Source of the DNA: Alloascoidea hylecoeti
Lineage: Eukaryota
Assembly (NCBI GenBank): GCA_001600815.1
Contig: BCKZ01000003.1
Span: 1,227,474-1,291,473 of the forward strand
Length of the DNA stretch: 64,000 nt
Direction: 5' to 3'
Shown: positions 20,363 through 33,021 of the stretch, piece by piece
Position numbering within the stretch: position 1 is the stretch's first letter
Layout: every line of letters starts with the position of its first letter
Made by a program: the position numbers and the translations under genes
Notes under the pieces: generated by a model
The model's database searches: none
What the model saw: only the letters and a program-made list of their open reading frames with translations
What the model was told of the DNA's origin: nothing

Positions 20363-23287
20363 ATGAATAAAAATAATGATACCTTGGCCAATGACCGGAA
20401 TGAGAAAGACCTAGAAATGTTTGACAATCCTAAGGAACACAAATATACTTCAAATCTAAATGAACAAATGGAAATAGAACTTGACGATAACTCGGATTAT
20501 AATCCCGATGTAGATTCTATAGAACACGGAAACGACTATGTTTTAAAGAATGGTGAACTAGAATATAGCAATGATAAGATACCCGAGATCGATGGCAATG
20601 AACTGACTACTGAAGGGCAAGAACAAAAAGAAACTCATTCAGAACAACAAAATTTCCAAGGACATATAATTGATACATCGGATGTATTTCGGTATCCAGA
20701 AAATTCTCCATTACACATTCAAAAGTCTGATAAATCTATTAAAGTTACAGATTGGAATGATAATACAAAACCTAATAATCCCTTACATAACTCCATTAGC
20801 CAAAGCAATGAAACCAAATTTAATAACGAAGATACTAATCAGTATAATAACAATGATGAATATGAGAAAGAATCTTCTACTGAAAATTATTCTGATGTCT
20901 TACATGAATCAGGAAATATTAATGGTAAACAATCTACAAATGAAGAGCAAGAGGAATGTGTACACCCAGAACATGAAACTGATCCACAACACACAGGTGA
21001 TTTTGAGGATAATAATCAGTATCCTAATGATAATCAAAATGAAGAGTTCACAGAAAATAACGACCATGACGAACATCAATACACGGATGGTAATCAAAAT
21101 GAAGAGTTCACAGAAAATTATCACCATGACGAAGAAGATAACCAATACACCAAAGGCATTCAAAATGAAGAGTTAGAAAACGTCTATGTGAAATATGATG
21201 TGGAGGCCCATCAAGATATTAATCAGTATACTAACGATAACGAACACCAAGAATTTAAAAACTACGATGAAACTCATGAAGAGCATCAAGATACTGATCA
21301 ATATACTAATGATAACGAACATGAAGGTTTTGCAGAAGATAATTACAATGAAATTCATGGAGAAGAACATCAAGATAATGATCAGTATAATGATGATAAC
21401 GAGCATGAAGATTTCGAGGAAAATACCTTTGATAAAACTCATGGAGAAGAACGTGAAGATAATAATCAATATACTAATGATAAAGAACACGAAGGGTTTT
21501 CAGAAAATAACTACAATGAGACTCGTGAAGAAGAACCTCAAGATAATAATCAATATAGTTGTGATAACGAACATGAAGGAATCTCGGAAAACATTTTTGA
21601 CGAAAGTCATCATTATGATGAACCTCGTAAGCAGGACAAAGAAGAACATAAAATTCAATTTGCTAATGATAACGTGAAAGCAGAGTTTACAGAAGATAAT
21701 CATTTTGAAACTGAACACTATGAAGAAGAACATAACGAAAATAATCAATATACAAATGATAGCCAAAATGAAGGTTCCACAGGAAACCATAATGATCATC
21801 CATATGAACGTCATGAAAATGATAATGATGACGAACATTATAATCAAGAAAATGATAACGATGATCCTCCTGTTTTTAATTTTCCAATTATTGTTCATAC
21901 AGAAGATGAAGCATATCATCTTTTCCCCCTAAAATCGAACGATGAACAATCCGATAGCAACAATAATAATAATATTTCAGGTGTGCTATTTGAAACCACT
22001 GATATTTCTGATCGTTCTTTAGAAGAATTGTTTTCTCAAATAAGATCTGTATTTGAATCAAATGAAACACCATTTGATATGAATGAGGAACTTGTATTGG
22101 AAATTTCATCTTTAACACTTTCTATATCTGAGGTATGTTTTTCCTTTGTTGATTGTTCTCTCACCAGTAAATTTTTAATGACTAACATATTTTTTTAGGA
22201 TAATGTATATTCCCGAGATATCACACTAAACGATATAATCACACTTTTTCTTGGTCTTAAAGATAACTCATCAGAAGAAGATTCACCAAAAGAATTATCT
22301 ATATTGCTTTATTCTCAACAACGATTTATTGGTCGTTTCAATAACTTAACTAACATTGTTAAAGAAGGGAAAGGATTTATTGACCTAGAGACAACGGATG
22401 ATAGTTATCACGATAATACTGAATATCCATCTCAAAATAATGATTATGATGGGGATTCTATGGCTGTTGATGAAAATACCGGATTGAATGAAAATCATGT
22501 TGATGGCAAAGGAACTTCGCAACATGATAATATAACAAATGATGACGCAAATCTTCAATATCAAGGATATATGAAAGATGAAGACATGGAACAAGTAATT
22601 GAAATTGAAGAAGCCGAAGCGGAAGATGAAGTGGAAGCCAATGATAAAGATGAAATTGAGCATGAGCAACCCAAAGTGGAAGATGTTGAAGCTGGCGATA
22701 AAGAATTAACTGAAAATGTAGATAACACGCAAACAGAAAATGAAATTGATGAAATCTCAAATGAACAGGAAGTTTCGGATAGCCATGATAATGAATATGA
22801 ATTGTATGATCAATATAATAATGATTTATATGAAGATCAACAACAAGGTGATTTTGCCGATGATTATAATTACTACACAATTGACACAAAAAATATTCAA
22901 CATGACATATATGATAGTGATAGCGAAACAGTATCACTTAACGCAGAAAGTGAAAAGGCAGATAACAATGTTGATAATCCGGTTGGTAATGAGGTAGAAG
23001 ATATTAATGTTGAAGTTAAATATAATTCCGGAAATCAAACACCAACTCAAGATACTTCGAAAATCAACAAAAATACTCCAATAACTAATATTTCTCCAGT
23101 TAAAAACAAACTTCTTGAAGTTAAAGATTATACGTATGACCTTTCTGATTCTGAAGATATTTTAGAAACTATTCCTACTCGAGATTTATCATCAGAACCA
23201 TCCATGAAAAGATCTTTGATAGATGATGAAATACATGTTAGTCCCAAAAGACTTAAGAGCGAACATAAACTTCATCAACAAGGATGA
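20363..23287 (+). CDS. RMR1: Rmr1/DUF2420-like acidic protein; join(20363..22132, 22199..23287)
   Basis: A 66-nt intron at 22133-22198 (GTATGT...GACTAAC...TAG) restores ELVLEISSLTLSISE|DNVYSRDITLNDII...QRFIGRFNNL. C-terminal NLS SPKRLK. Confidence 0.7.
21000..21790 (+). repeat. Coding tandem repeat, ~24-26 aa acidic/His units within RMR1
   Basis: About nine degenerate copies of EEHQDxxQYTNDNEHEGFxExxxxETH. Confidence 0.8.
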
Positions 23288-23607
23288 GAGGTCCAAATGG
23301 TAATACTTCATATTGTATATCGTGATGTGAGAATTTTTTTTGTTTTGCTTTCAATTTTGATCAGATAATTTAAATTTGCCTGTTTTTTTTTCTTATGGTG
23401 GCTCGGAAAAATATCGAGCAATTGAACTTCTTTTATATTATATAGTAATGGGGTATAGTTATATACATTTATATATATCTATATAGTACATCGATATCAT
23501 GTTCTGATTAACTATTATGAATTAGTTTATCTAGCTAGTTACAGTTAGTGTTAGATTTAAAAATTAGTACAAAAATATAGTTTTGGAAGTGGTTGAAAGA
23601 ATTTATA

Positions 23608-24822
23608 TCATAGTAGGTAAGTAACACCGGGTAAAGCAACACTGAATATACAATTCAAGTTCTTTCCCTTTGAGATTATATCTAACGTTTGGAGGATTTG
23701 TCGTCTTGGTTCTTTCCCACTTTGTGTATCTTCTTTGATATGAGTAAGTATAATATTTAAACCAGATAGATAACTAATGCGTTTAGAATCATCATCATTA
23801 ATATAATCTGTTGAGTCATTTGTGCTAGCAATTGGATATTTCTGCGAAACAAGAGTAGCAACAGCTTCATTTAAACTTACAAGTTCATCAATTAGATGGG
23901 AAGGTGATAAGTGGCCAAAAAGTGTTTCATCAGAAGGATCACCACAATGAGAGCACTCAATCATAATTGCAGATAGTCTACCATGTAGTATTAATAATGA
24001 AGCATATTCCCAAACGGTATGTGTTTGAGGGTCCGTTGATATAGAATCAGGCTCAACATCCCCTAAGACCAAAATTTGGTTATCGGTCATCGAATCTCTG
24101 ATAAAATATGCTGTTGATTCATAACTTTTTAAATCTGGATAATTTCCCTCAAATACTCCATGCGATAAGGGATAAGCGCTGACCGAGAGGTTAACGGCTA
24201 CCTCATAGTATTTTTTCGGTTCTAATATTTCGAGTAGAACATGTTTGCCTTCACTGTCGCCCCGGTTTGTTAGGTTCGGCCAGATTATCCCGTTGAATAT
24301 GTGGTTGTGGATTGCATCTATGGTATCTTTTAATCCATAAAATACTTTTGAATTTTGAGGAGAAAAATCCGGGCAGTTGATTACCAAACCAGCTATGTGA
24401 TCAAGGTGTGGATGTGTAATACAAAAAGATTTTATGTACTCAGATAAAATAAAAGATGAATTAGAAATAATAGAATCATAAGGAAGTAAAGATGATGGAA
24501 ACGATGTTTTTGAAAAATCACAACGAATATAATCTGCAACTGGGCTTGAATCAGGGTACCAATTAAGAATATCTGGAGTTAGAATTATCTCATTATAATT
24601 ATTGTCAGGTTCTTTATGATTGGAATTGCTGTCTTCCATTTCATGTGTAGCTATTTGAGTCTCAAGCGTTGACGCTATACTACCGAGTAATGAACCCCCA
24701 TCGATTCCAACTAGACAATTTTGACACCATGGTGTTTTAAAAGACTTGATGAGATAAGATGATGTTGATCCATCAAATGGACCTCCCCCCGAAGCCAGAA
24801 CTGTCAACTGAAATGAGTGCAT
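23608..24822 (-). CDS. PDE1: Low-affinity class II cAMP phosphodiesterase
   Basis: GGGPFDG, ITHPHLDHIAGLVIN, HIFNGIIWPNL, GDVEPDS, IECS, LFGHLSP, THIK. Confidence 0.92.
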   Translation of the reverse strand: MHSFQLTVLASGGGPFDGSTSSYLIKSFKTPWCQNCLVGIDGGSLLGSIASTLETQIATHEMEDSNSNHKEPDNNYNEIILTPDILNWYPDSSPVADYIRCDFSKTSFPSSLLPYDSIISNSSFILSEYIKSFCITHPHLDHIAGLVINCPDFSPQNSKVFYGLKDTIDAIHNHIFNGIIWPNLTNRGDSEGKHVLLEILEPKKYYEVAVNLSVSAYPLSHGVFEGNYPDLKSYESTAYFIRDSMTDNQILVLGDVEPDSISTDPQTHTVWEYASLLILHGRLSAIMIECSHCGDPSDETLFGHLSPSHLIDELVSLNEAVATLVSQKYPIASTNDSTDYINDDDSKRISYLSGLNIILTHIKEDTQSGKEPRRQILQTLDIISKGKNLNCIFSVALPGVTYLL

Positions 24823-25451
24823 GTGTTTTAACCGTAATGGAGCAAAGGGATATAATTAAGTTTTTGAATGTCTTGAAAATGCACCAATTATTATTAGTTT
24901 CCGCTGAAGTGTAATTAATTGGAGGAAGGAAAGTTTTGTTTTCCGTTAGCTATTGCAAAACACTATAGATCTATGCCCATTAATTGTATACATCAGCCTT
25001 CGGTTTTCAAACCATTATAATGAATATTTTTTTGTATGTTTTTGATTTCAGAGATTTAGGTCAAAAATAAAAAATTCTTCAGGCTGCAGACATTTATATT
25101 GTGTAAGATCTTATAGCAGATGCCATAAATAATGGGATAAAATGATATGCTTTTTTTTCTCTTTCGAAGTAAGGGTCCAGGTAGTCTTTTATTTTCTTTC
25201 GATGCCATCTGCGTATAGATACGACTCGTGTCGCGGATACAACAGGAATGAATCCCTTCAGTTTAGCTTGAACTTCAAAATCATGAACTGTTTCTGTTTC
25301 TGTATCAAAAGACAATATAATCTCAATTGCCTGGCCGACTACACGTTTTGTACCATATTATTGTACGCATATTAATATTAATCAACATATTTATTAATAT
25401 TGATATGCATTCTTTGAAGTTTTTTACTCTTCATTTTTATAATTATAAAGT

Positions 25452-26552
25452 ATGGCCGAACACTCCACTCTCTTCCATAGTTTCGCCGATGGTAATTCCA
25501 CCGAATTTTTAAGAGGTGTGCCTTATATTCCTTCGAAAGATGAAATCCTGAAAACACCCTTCATTTTCCTTACGCCAATTGGAATTGCGATCAGAGTTGT
25601 TATCTTAGGGTACGTGGCTTACCGATCTTTATCTCGGAAAACACTCACTCCTTCCGGCGTGGTTGCGGCCATCATCACCGGCTTGATCCATTGTCTTTCT
25701 ACTTCGCTCCTTTACATTACTTTATCCGTCTTTTTCTATGTTTCAGGCACTATTTGTACAAAATTCAAACATAACGCCAAAGAACAATTGTTCGTCAGTA
25801 TACCTCAAGAAGTGGAGGGCAAAACAGAAAAGAAACAGAAACCAGTATCGTTAAGAACTCATGTTCAAGTATTGGCTAATTCTCTTTTTGCAACTATCCT
25901 GATATTGATTAAAATGTTCGCAGGTGCTCTTCCAGAACAATTGCAATTCGTTACTCATCTTGGGAGATACTTAACAGTAGGGATTGTTTGTCATTATGCT
26001 GCGACCACAGCGGATACTTGGTCTTCTGAATTGGGTGTGTTATCGACTTCTTCTCCCTTTTTAATCACTTCGTTTAGAAAGTGTCCCACCGGAACAAATG
26101 GAGGTGTATCTTTATTGGGCCTCGTTGCTGGATTCTTGGGCGGGCTCTCGATCGGCCTGGTAAGTTTGCCATTTGTTTCTTCCACATTTTATTACGTACC
26201 ACATAGAGATGTAACCCTTCACAGTGAAGTGGGTCTTCATCTGGATGGCGGGCTCAATGCATTGGGATATACATTCTTCATTGGATTAATGGGTCTATTT
26301 GGGAGTATTTTGGACTCCGTTTTGGGGGCTATTTTTCAGAAAACCGTTGCTCTCTCCTCCTCTGGTAAGGTCGTTGAAGTTGAAGGAGGTGCTAAAGCCA
26401 CCAACAAATTGTTGACCCAGGGAGATGTTGATCTTGAAGATGTCAAGACGGTTTCAGGAACTCTTGATTTGCTGAGCAATAATCAAGTCAATTTCTTACA
26501 GGCCGCCATAACTGCTGTTGTTGGTGGCGCCGTCTACTTCTTATTAGAATGA
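25452..26552 (+). CDS. TMEM19/DUF92 family integral membrane protein
   Basis: RTHVQVLANS, YAATTADTWSSELG, GTNGGVSLLG, GSILDSVLGA, LSNNQVNFL. Confidence 0.85.
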   Translation: MAEHSTLFHSFADGNSTEFLRGVPYIPSKDEILKTPFIFLTPIGIAIRVVILGYVAYRSLSRKTLTPSGVVAAIITGLIHCLSTSLLYITLSVFFYVSGTICTKFKHNAKEQLFVSIPQEVEGKTEKKQKPVSLRTHVQVLANSLFATILILIKMFAGALPEQLQFVTHLGRYLTVGIVCHYAATTADTWSSELGVLSTSSPFLITSFRKCPTGTNGGVSLLGLVAGFLGGLSIGLVSLPFVSSTFYYVPHRDVTLHSEVGLHLDGGLNALGYTFFIGLMGLFGSILDSVLGAIFQKTVALSSSGKVVEVEGGAKATNKLLTQGDVDLEDVKTVSGTLDLLSNNQVNFLQAAITAVVGGAVYFLLE

Positions 26553-26705
26553 ATCATACAAACTTAGCTAGCGAATAGATAATATGTAAAAGTGCCATTT
26601 ATTGCCTCACGAGCGGTGCCAACATGTTTGTAATTAACTCATATGCTTTTCTACAATCTCCAGCCTCCTTTCTTCTGCTTCAACACCAGATAATTATATC
26701 CAAAC

Positions 26706-27512
26706 ATGCAGGGATTTAGTATATTTCTTTTGTTCTTGTCGCTTGTTTCTTGCGGTGTTCTAGGAGATGCTAGCAACTCCGACTCCGACCCTCCAATCAC
26801 TTCAAAGGTCTTCTTCGACATCAAACAAGGTGATATCCGTTATGACAGAATAGTAATTGGATTATTCGGAACAGTTGTCCCCAAAACAACAGAGAATTTC
26901 AAGGCTTTAATATCCGGTGAAAAATCATTTGGTTATAATCATACTGTATTTCATAGAGTCATTAAAGATTTCATGATTCAGGGAGGTGATTTCGAAAATG
27001 CGGATGGCACTGGTGGTTATTCCATTTATGGTCCTCGTTTTAAAGATGAAAACTTCAACTTAAAGCATGATAAAATTGGTAGATTGAGTATGGCTAATGC
27101 CGGGGAGGACACAAATGGAAGTCAATTTTTTATCACTACGGTATTAACCTCATGGCTTGATGGCCATCATGTTGTTTTTGGTCAAGTTATAAGTGGAATT
27201 GAAGATATTTTAAAGATCTCTATAACTAAAGTGAACAAGTCAAGTAAACCTGATACACCTGTTGAAATAGTTAATTGTGGTGTATTGGAAATCTTACAAG
27301 AAGTTGATATTAATCAAAAGCCTGTAGCTGATAAAACTGAAACTGAAACTCCTAAAGATGGAAAACTCTTGGTAATTGGTGAAAAGGAATTATCAGATTT
27401 AACTGTATTTGGTGCTGTTGGTTTAGGATTCGCAATCTTCTTTTATTTGGCGTGGAAATTTCAAAAATGGAACAGTACTGTTAATTACCAACCTCTTTCT
27501 AGATCGGATTAA
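26706..27512 (+). CDS. Secretory-pathway cyclophilin (PPIase B type) with signal peptide and C-terminal TM anchor
   Basis: FHRVIKDFMIQGGDF, SMANAGEDTNGSQFFIT, WLDGHHVVFG; N-terminal hydrophobic leader; TM segment VFGAVGLGFAIFFYLAW. Confidence 0.9.
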   Translation: MQGFSIFLLFLSLVSCGVLGDASNSDSDPPITSKVFFDIKQGDIRYDRIVIGLFGTVVPKTTENFKALISGEKSFGYNHTVFHRVIKDFMIQGGDFENADGTGGYSIYGPRFKDENFNLKHDKIGRLSMANAGEDTNGSQFFITTVLTSWLDGHHVVFGQVISGIEDILKISITKVNKSSKPDTPVEIVNCGVLEILQEVDINQKPVADKTETETPKDGKLLVIGEKELSDLTVFGAVGLGFAIFFYLAWKFQKWNSTVNYQPLSRSD

Positions 27513-27685
27513 TATATAAATAAATATCAGATATAAAGTAAATGCTAAGTAATTAAATCTAATATCATTATTATTAATATTTATCTCTGATTTTCAACCT
27601 TTGTCTTTATGGGCATAATTAAAATAAGATTATAATTAAGTACCACACATCTTCTTCCATTTCAGTCAACGAATACCTTAAAAAC

Positions 27686-29399
27686 ATGGACTTATTGGAT
27701 TCGGCTCTTGTAGCTCTTTCGGGGATTCATTTATACTTGTCTCCTTACACAAAAGTAGAAGAATCTTTTAATTTACAAGCCATTCATGATTTTTTAATCC
27801 ATGGGTCGGATTTAAATTCAGTAAGTAACAATTTTTACAAAGCCATCTTCACGTTATAACTAATACCGTTTTATTCTTCAGTATGACCATAAGCAGTTCC
27901 CTGGAGTCGTTCCTCGCACTTTTTTTGGTGCCGGTTTGATTAGTTTGTTGAGCAAACCTTTTCAATCATTCGTATTAAACCATTCAACAAAAATCACATA
28001 CATCGACCTTCAACTGTTATCCAGAGGAATATTGGGATTTTTAAATGCTTTATCACTTATATATTTAAGAAAGGCCATAAATAATTATTCTAGATATCAA
28101 CCACGGGCCAACTTGAATAAGAGTTTGGGAAAATATACGTCTTTTTGGTTTGCAATGTTTCAATATACTCAATTTCATGTTATTTATTATGTTTCTAGGA
28201 CATTACCCAATATGTTTGCGTTTCCTTTGACGAATATTGCTCTATCATTCTTTTTAAAAGATAGATATGATATAGGTCTTGGAATATTAGCCTATGATGC
28301 TGTCTTATTTCGAGTAGAAGTGGCGGTATTCTTTGGGTGCTTTTACATCATGGCACTTTTGTTCAAAAAGATAACTATTATTAAGTCTATTAATGGAGTA
28401 GTCCTTGGACTTGGATTGGGGATTTGCTCATCAGCATTGACTGATCCACTCTTATGGGAGAAACCAATTATTCCAGAGTTAGAAGGTTTTATTTTTAATG
28501 TTATACATGGGAAAAGTTCATTATGGGGAACTGAGCCATATACGGCCTATTTTTATAAATACCTACCTAAAATTTTATTATGCCCATCCACTATTACTCT
28601 TGCTCCATTTGGGTTTTTTGGAGATAGTCCAAAATTGAAAAATATTCAAATAATTGGTCTCTCCTCTCTTTTATATGTCATCATTTTATCACTTCAGAAA
28701 CATAAAGAATGGAGATTTATAGTTTATGCTGTACCTGGTATTACTTTACTTGCTGCTAATGGTACAAGTTTCTTAATGAACCGGCTTAGAAAATGGCAAA
28801 GATTGGTTTCCCTTTTTATCATCGGAATTACTGTTGTTATATCATTCTCGGCAAGCATTGGAATGCTACTAATATCTAGTTTGAACTATCCAGGTGGCGT
28901 TGCTTTCACTAATTTTCATGAACTTGTAGTAGAGAATGAAACACCTGGTTCCAATATAACAGTTCACCTCGATGTAACCACTTGTATGACAGGCGCTAGC
29001 AGATTTGGTGAGGTGAGAAAAGATACTGGATATTTAATAAATTATGATAAGACTGAAAATTCAACACAATTACAAGATTTATGGCCAACTTTCGACTATA
29101 TTATAACATCAATTGACCTTGATGATCCTAGTGTTGTTGAAAGGAATCCATTTCCATTCGCCATGGAATTAAATACATCTTATTGGCATAAAATATCTAG
29201 TATAAAAGGATATAATGGAATAAAACTTGATCCAATAAAACGAATGTTACAAAGGGATCCAAAATTTATTGAACTCTTAAAAATAGGAATTGTGTCTTTA
29301 GATACACGGCCTATTATCGATTATCTGAGTGACACTATAAGTCTGCAAGATAAGATATACATTTATCATAAAGAATTAAAGCCAATTACTAATAATTAG
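27686..29399 (+). CDS. ALG12: Dol-P-Man alpha-1,6-mannosyltransferase (GT22); join(27686..27820, 27882..29399)
   Basis: Exon 1 encodes PYTKVEESFNLQAIHD; 61-nt intron GTAAGT...ACTAAT...CAG; exon 2 has YDHKQFPGVVPRTF, SRTLPN, HKEWRFIVY, NYPGG and CMTGASRF. Confidence 0.93.
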
Positions 29400-29816
29400 T
29401 TATTGTGTAGCATTTAAATATTAGCGATCGCGAGTTATGAACAGTACGTATATACGTATGAAATATTTTATAATAAAAATTGCAACATATCAGGATCATA
29501 TATTTTCCAATGGAGATACTCCGGAAAGATATTAAAAATATTATGATTATAATAACTAAATCATTGGATAAACAATATGATGACAAGAATTCGTTAAAAG
29601 TCTTCGAATATCTCATTCAGAATTAAATAAAAACAAGTAATAATGAATATGATTATGAAAGACAAACATTAAAAAGAAAAAAGAAAAAAGAAAAAAGAAA
29701 AAAATTCAGCTAAAATACAGTAAGTACTTGAGAGCTGTCTGCGAAGAATAAAACAAAATAAAAGTGTAAAATGAAAATCAACCAACTATAACTTATCATT
29801 TATCATTTATCATTCC

Positions 29817-32747
29817 TCATTTAATATTATTTTTGATCTCAGTATATTTCGCTATTTGGGCCAGTCGTCGTCTTTCATCTGAATCCCAACTCTCCCCTTG
29901 ACTTGTACTTCTCATTAGACCTAGACTTTCGTCTTCATCATAATCATCAATTACATCTTCTTCTTCCTCTTCATTTTGTTTTATATTACCATGCTCATTG
30001 TCAAAATGTTTATATGTATAATCCGGTCTTGCATAGCTTTGGCCATCATCATTTGGATCTTCATAGTCATCATCATTCAAAGATTTAAATTCGGTACTCC
30101 ATCCAATTTCTTCTTCTTCATCCTCATCTGAAGAGCCAAGTTTGTCCGGTAGACCATTGGTCATTTGTTGGGACATGTACTGGGAGAATTGATCCCCACT
30201 GTTTTCTACATGCTCATTATCAACAGCGGAATGAGATGGTTTTTTGTATTTACTGTTTTGTTCATCATTCTGCTTATTAGTGGATTTTTCCTCTTTAACG
30301 TCATTTTCGGTGTGTGTATTGTCTTGATGTTGTGGTGCATTATACTCTACTGTATTTTTGGGCACCTGGTCTAAATTGTAATTATGAGGATCATCGTCTT
30401 CAGTCATTATTGCTTCTTCGTCAACACTTCCTCCTTGTATTCCGCCAAGAATTGCATTATATTTATCTCTTGTATCGGTTAACGTAACTCTAACATATGT
30501 GGACCAACTTGCCAAGTTGACTTTATCATAAACAAGTTGCGAGACATTTGCTGGAGGGAAGAGAGTTGTGAATTTGACAACCTCTTCGGAAATCAACGTT
30601 AAATGACCCATATACCCTAGTCTGAAATGATTTTCTTTTTCATGTTGTTCACATAGATTGTAACCATCGACGATTTGATTTGTAATATTACCTCTATCAA
30701 ATAGATCTATCATTAGGTAATGGTTATAACCTGTATCCATTGGGCCATTAAGAATTTGTTGTATTATATCAAAGACAACATTATGTAGGAAGTTATTCCA
30801 TGGGTAGTCGAAAAACATTTTCAGAATAGTTATGATAACATTGTTATCTTTGAGGGCCATCTTCAATTGATCGCCAACAATATTACGCTCGCGAACAGCT
30901 TCTTCACTTTGATCATTTTCATGAAACTTATAAGTTTTTTGGACGTGCTTTATATCTGCATCAAGCTTAAGATTAGCTAATCCACGGCTTATGTCAAATT
31001 CTTCTCCCCCAGAAGAGTCATCATCAGATAAACGTACTCGAAGTGCTTCAGTTGCACGCTTCTTTTGTTCTGCTTTGTATAATTCCTTCAACCTTGCCCT
31101 TACGACATCCCTTAAATTTACAATTTCCTCTCCCTTAATATCATTCAGCAACCCCATATTACTACAATGTAATAATTCGGCAACCAGTTCACATATTTTG
31201 AATTTTTCAAAGCCTAAAGGTTTAATGACACCAAATGGCGTTGGCAGGTTTTTGTCTGTTTCTTTGGATAATAGGGCCTGAAATTTTGGAATGTTTTCAG
31301 CGAAAACTTTGACTAATGTTCCTAAATATACGGAATCTCGTAATGTCGGAAGATCAGATTCAATAGTAGTGCATAAAACAGGTACCATATCATAATCCGA
31401 GTTGTTTTTTCTAATTATTTCAATCACAATTCCTACACCATTTGCTAAACCTGTACCGCCATATAGCATCAGTCTAACGAGTTCACGTACCATCGGTTCA
31501 GTTAGCAACTCTCTAGTCAATTCGTTGGGACCAATGGCACTAATGTCAGTGTTAGAGTTACCAGAAATTGTGATAAAAGCTTTTAAAAAGTCGCCGGCGG
31601 CTGATTGAATAGAAGAAGTATATGTTGGCCCTATAAAAGAGACCAAAGAAGGAATTAAATGTTGATCTTGCAAAAGATCTATTACTCCTGTTGGATGGTC
31701 GACTTTGTCAGTACTAATGACTTTCAAAAGAAAGTCCATAAGTGGAGGGTTATCTATATGACCCATAAACCGTTCAACAAGATTTGATTGTTGTTTTATG
31801 AAAGATATCATTTCATCCGTTTTAACATTTAAAAGGTATTCATTAATTTTCATGAAATATGTGGCAGATTGAAGAGACAATGGTGCAGGGAAATCAAGGA
31901 TTTCCCAAAGTTTCTGTAATAGATGAGTAGACTCCATAAAAGCATCAGCTAAAGACCAAACTTTAGTAGATAAAATTTCAGCTGATACTTGTGCTCTTCG
32001 CTGCCTCATCTGTTGTGGGGTTTCGGTTTCACTTTCACTTTCAGCACCATTTTCATCATCGTCATCATCATCATCATCTTCTTCATCATCATCGTCATCA
32101 TCGTCGTCATCTTCATCGTCATCTTCATCGTCGTCGTCGTCATCATCGTCATCATCATCGTCATTTTCATCAGCTTCTTCATTTTCATTATCTACATCTT
32201 CATGTTCTTCAGACTTTTTCCGGTTCAAAGGATGGGTGTCATTATCAGTATCACTTTTAACTTTCTTTATGTCCTTTGAGATTTTCACCCCGGTTTCTAA
32301 TTCTTCATGCTTCACCGTTGATTGACTCTCTGGGGTTAGATCTGCTAGTTCTATTTTTTCAAATTCACTGCCTACTTCGCCTTCTTTGATCTGCCCCTTT
32401 GAATTTTTGTCCTTCACAACGGAATTCTGAACATCTTCATCTTCTATAACAAGTTCCTGTTGTAAGTCTTGTGATTGGTCACTCGTACTGTCTTGTGCAT
32501 ATTGTGGATCCTTTTCATCATTTTGAGTCTCTAAAGGTTCAGGAATATTTATAGTAATTATCAGGTCCACCAGTTTTTGTAATATTTTGGGGTCACGTAG
32601 ATACTCTAGTAAAGCAGTGTTGGTGGGGAGTTCTCGTAGAAGATCTGGTTCGTCGAGCAACTCTTCTAAGGTATGATCTGGTTTTTCCAAAATCTTGCTC
32701 ACCGCACTAGTAGTAGTGAAACGATTGCCAAAACGCCAAAAAGACAT
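29817..32747 (-). CDS. SAP190: Sit4/PP6 phosphatase-associated protein (SAPS family, Sap185/Sap190-like)
   Basis: MSFWRFG, NPPLMDFLLKVISTDK, IGPNELTREL, IEIIRKNNSDYD, PWNNFLHNVVFD, GYMGHLTLISEEV; poly-Asp tract at ~32055-32165. Paralog assignment is uncertain. Confidence 0.85.
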   Translation of the reverse strand: MSFWRFGNRFTTTSAVSKILEKPDHTLEELLDEPDLLRELPTNTALLEYLRDPKILQKLVDLIITINIPEPLETQNDEKDPQYAQDSTSDQSQDLQQELVIEDEDVQNSVVKDKNSKGQIKEGEVGSEFEKIELADLTPESQSTVKHEELETGVKISKDIKKVKSDTDNDTHPLNRKKSEEHEDVDNENEEADENDDDDDDDDDDDDEDDDEDDDDDDDDDEEDDDDDDDDENGAESESETETPQQMRQRRAQVSAEILSTKVWSLADAFMESTHLLQKLWEILDFPAPLSLQSATYFMKINEYLLNVKTDEMISFIKQQSNLVERFMGHIDNPPLMDFLLKVISTDKVDHPTGVIDLLQDQHLIPSLVSFIGPTYTSSIQSAAGDFLKAFITISGNSNTDISAIGPNELTRELLTEPMVRELVRLMLYGGTGLANGVGIVIEIIRKNNSDYDMVPVLCTTIESDLPTLRDSVYLGTLVKVFAENIPKFQALLSKETDKNLPTPFGVIKPLGFEKFKICELVAELLHCSNMGLLNDIKGEEIVNLRDVVRARLKELYKAEQKKRATEALRVRLSDDDSSGGEEFDISRGLANLKLDADIKHVQKTYKFHENDQSEEAVRERNIVGDQLKMALKDNNVIITILKMFFDYPWNNFLHNVVFDIIQQILNGPMDTGYNHYLMIDLFDRGNITNQIVDGYNLCEQHEKENHFRLGYMGHLTLISEEVVKFTTLFPPANVSQLVYDKVNLASWSTYVRVTLTDTRDKYNAILGGIQGGSVDEEAIMTEDDDPHNYNLDQVPKNTVEYNAPQHQDNTHTENDVKEEKSTNKQNDEQNSKYKKPSHSAVDNEHVENSGDQFSQYMSQQMTNGLPDKLGSSDEDEEEEIGWSTEFKSLNDDDYEDPNDDGQSYARPDYTYKHFDNEHGNIKQNEEEEEDVIDDYDEDESLGLMRSTSQGESWDSDERRRLAQIAKYTEIKNNIK

Positions 32748-33021
32748 GACGGAAGAAAAAGTATGAAAAACAGAGGAATATCTTTGGAAATGATTTCTGT
32801 TCAAACAGACGTATTTTTTGAAGTTTAGCAGAAGATTCGAACAAATGGAAGAGCTTTCTTTTCACGACAGGACTGTGGGTGAATGGATGTTATGCTCAGA
32901 TACATAGGCTTATGTAGAATAATAAATTTAATTAGAACAAAAACTTTTGAATATTTATAATTAAGATAATATGTGCTAAACAAAACAGTATAGTAATTCC
33001 CTGTAACTATGTGTAACAATG

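Noticed and set aside
20670..22997. Many overlapping small ORFs in both strands
   Set aside because: Shadows of the low-complexity RMR1 repeats.
25094..25357. 87-codon open frame on the minus strand between PDE1 and TMEM19
   Set aside because: No suitable ATG, clear splice acceptor or recognisable motif; it could be a remnant but is unsupported.
31989..32279. His/Arg-rich and Met-rich ORFs
   Set aside because: Antisense or alternate-frame shadows of the poly-Asp tract in the SAP gene.
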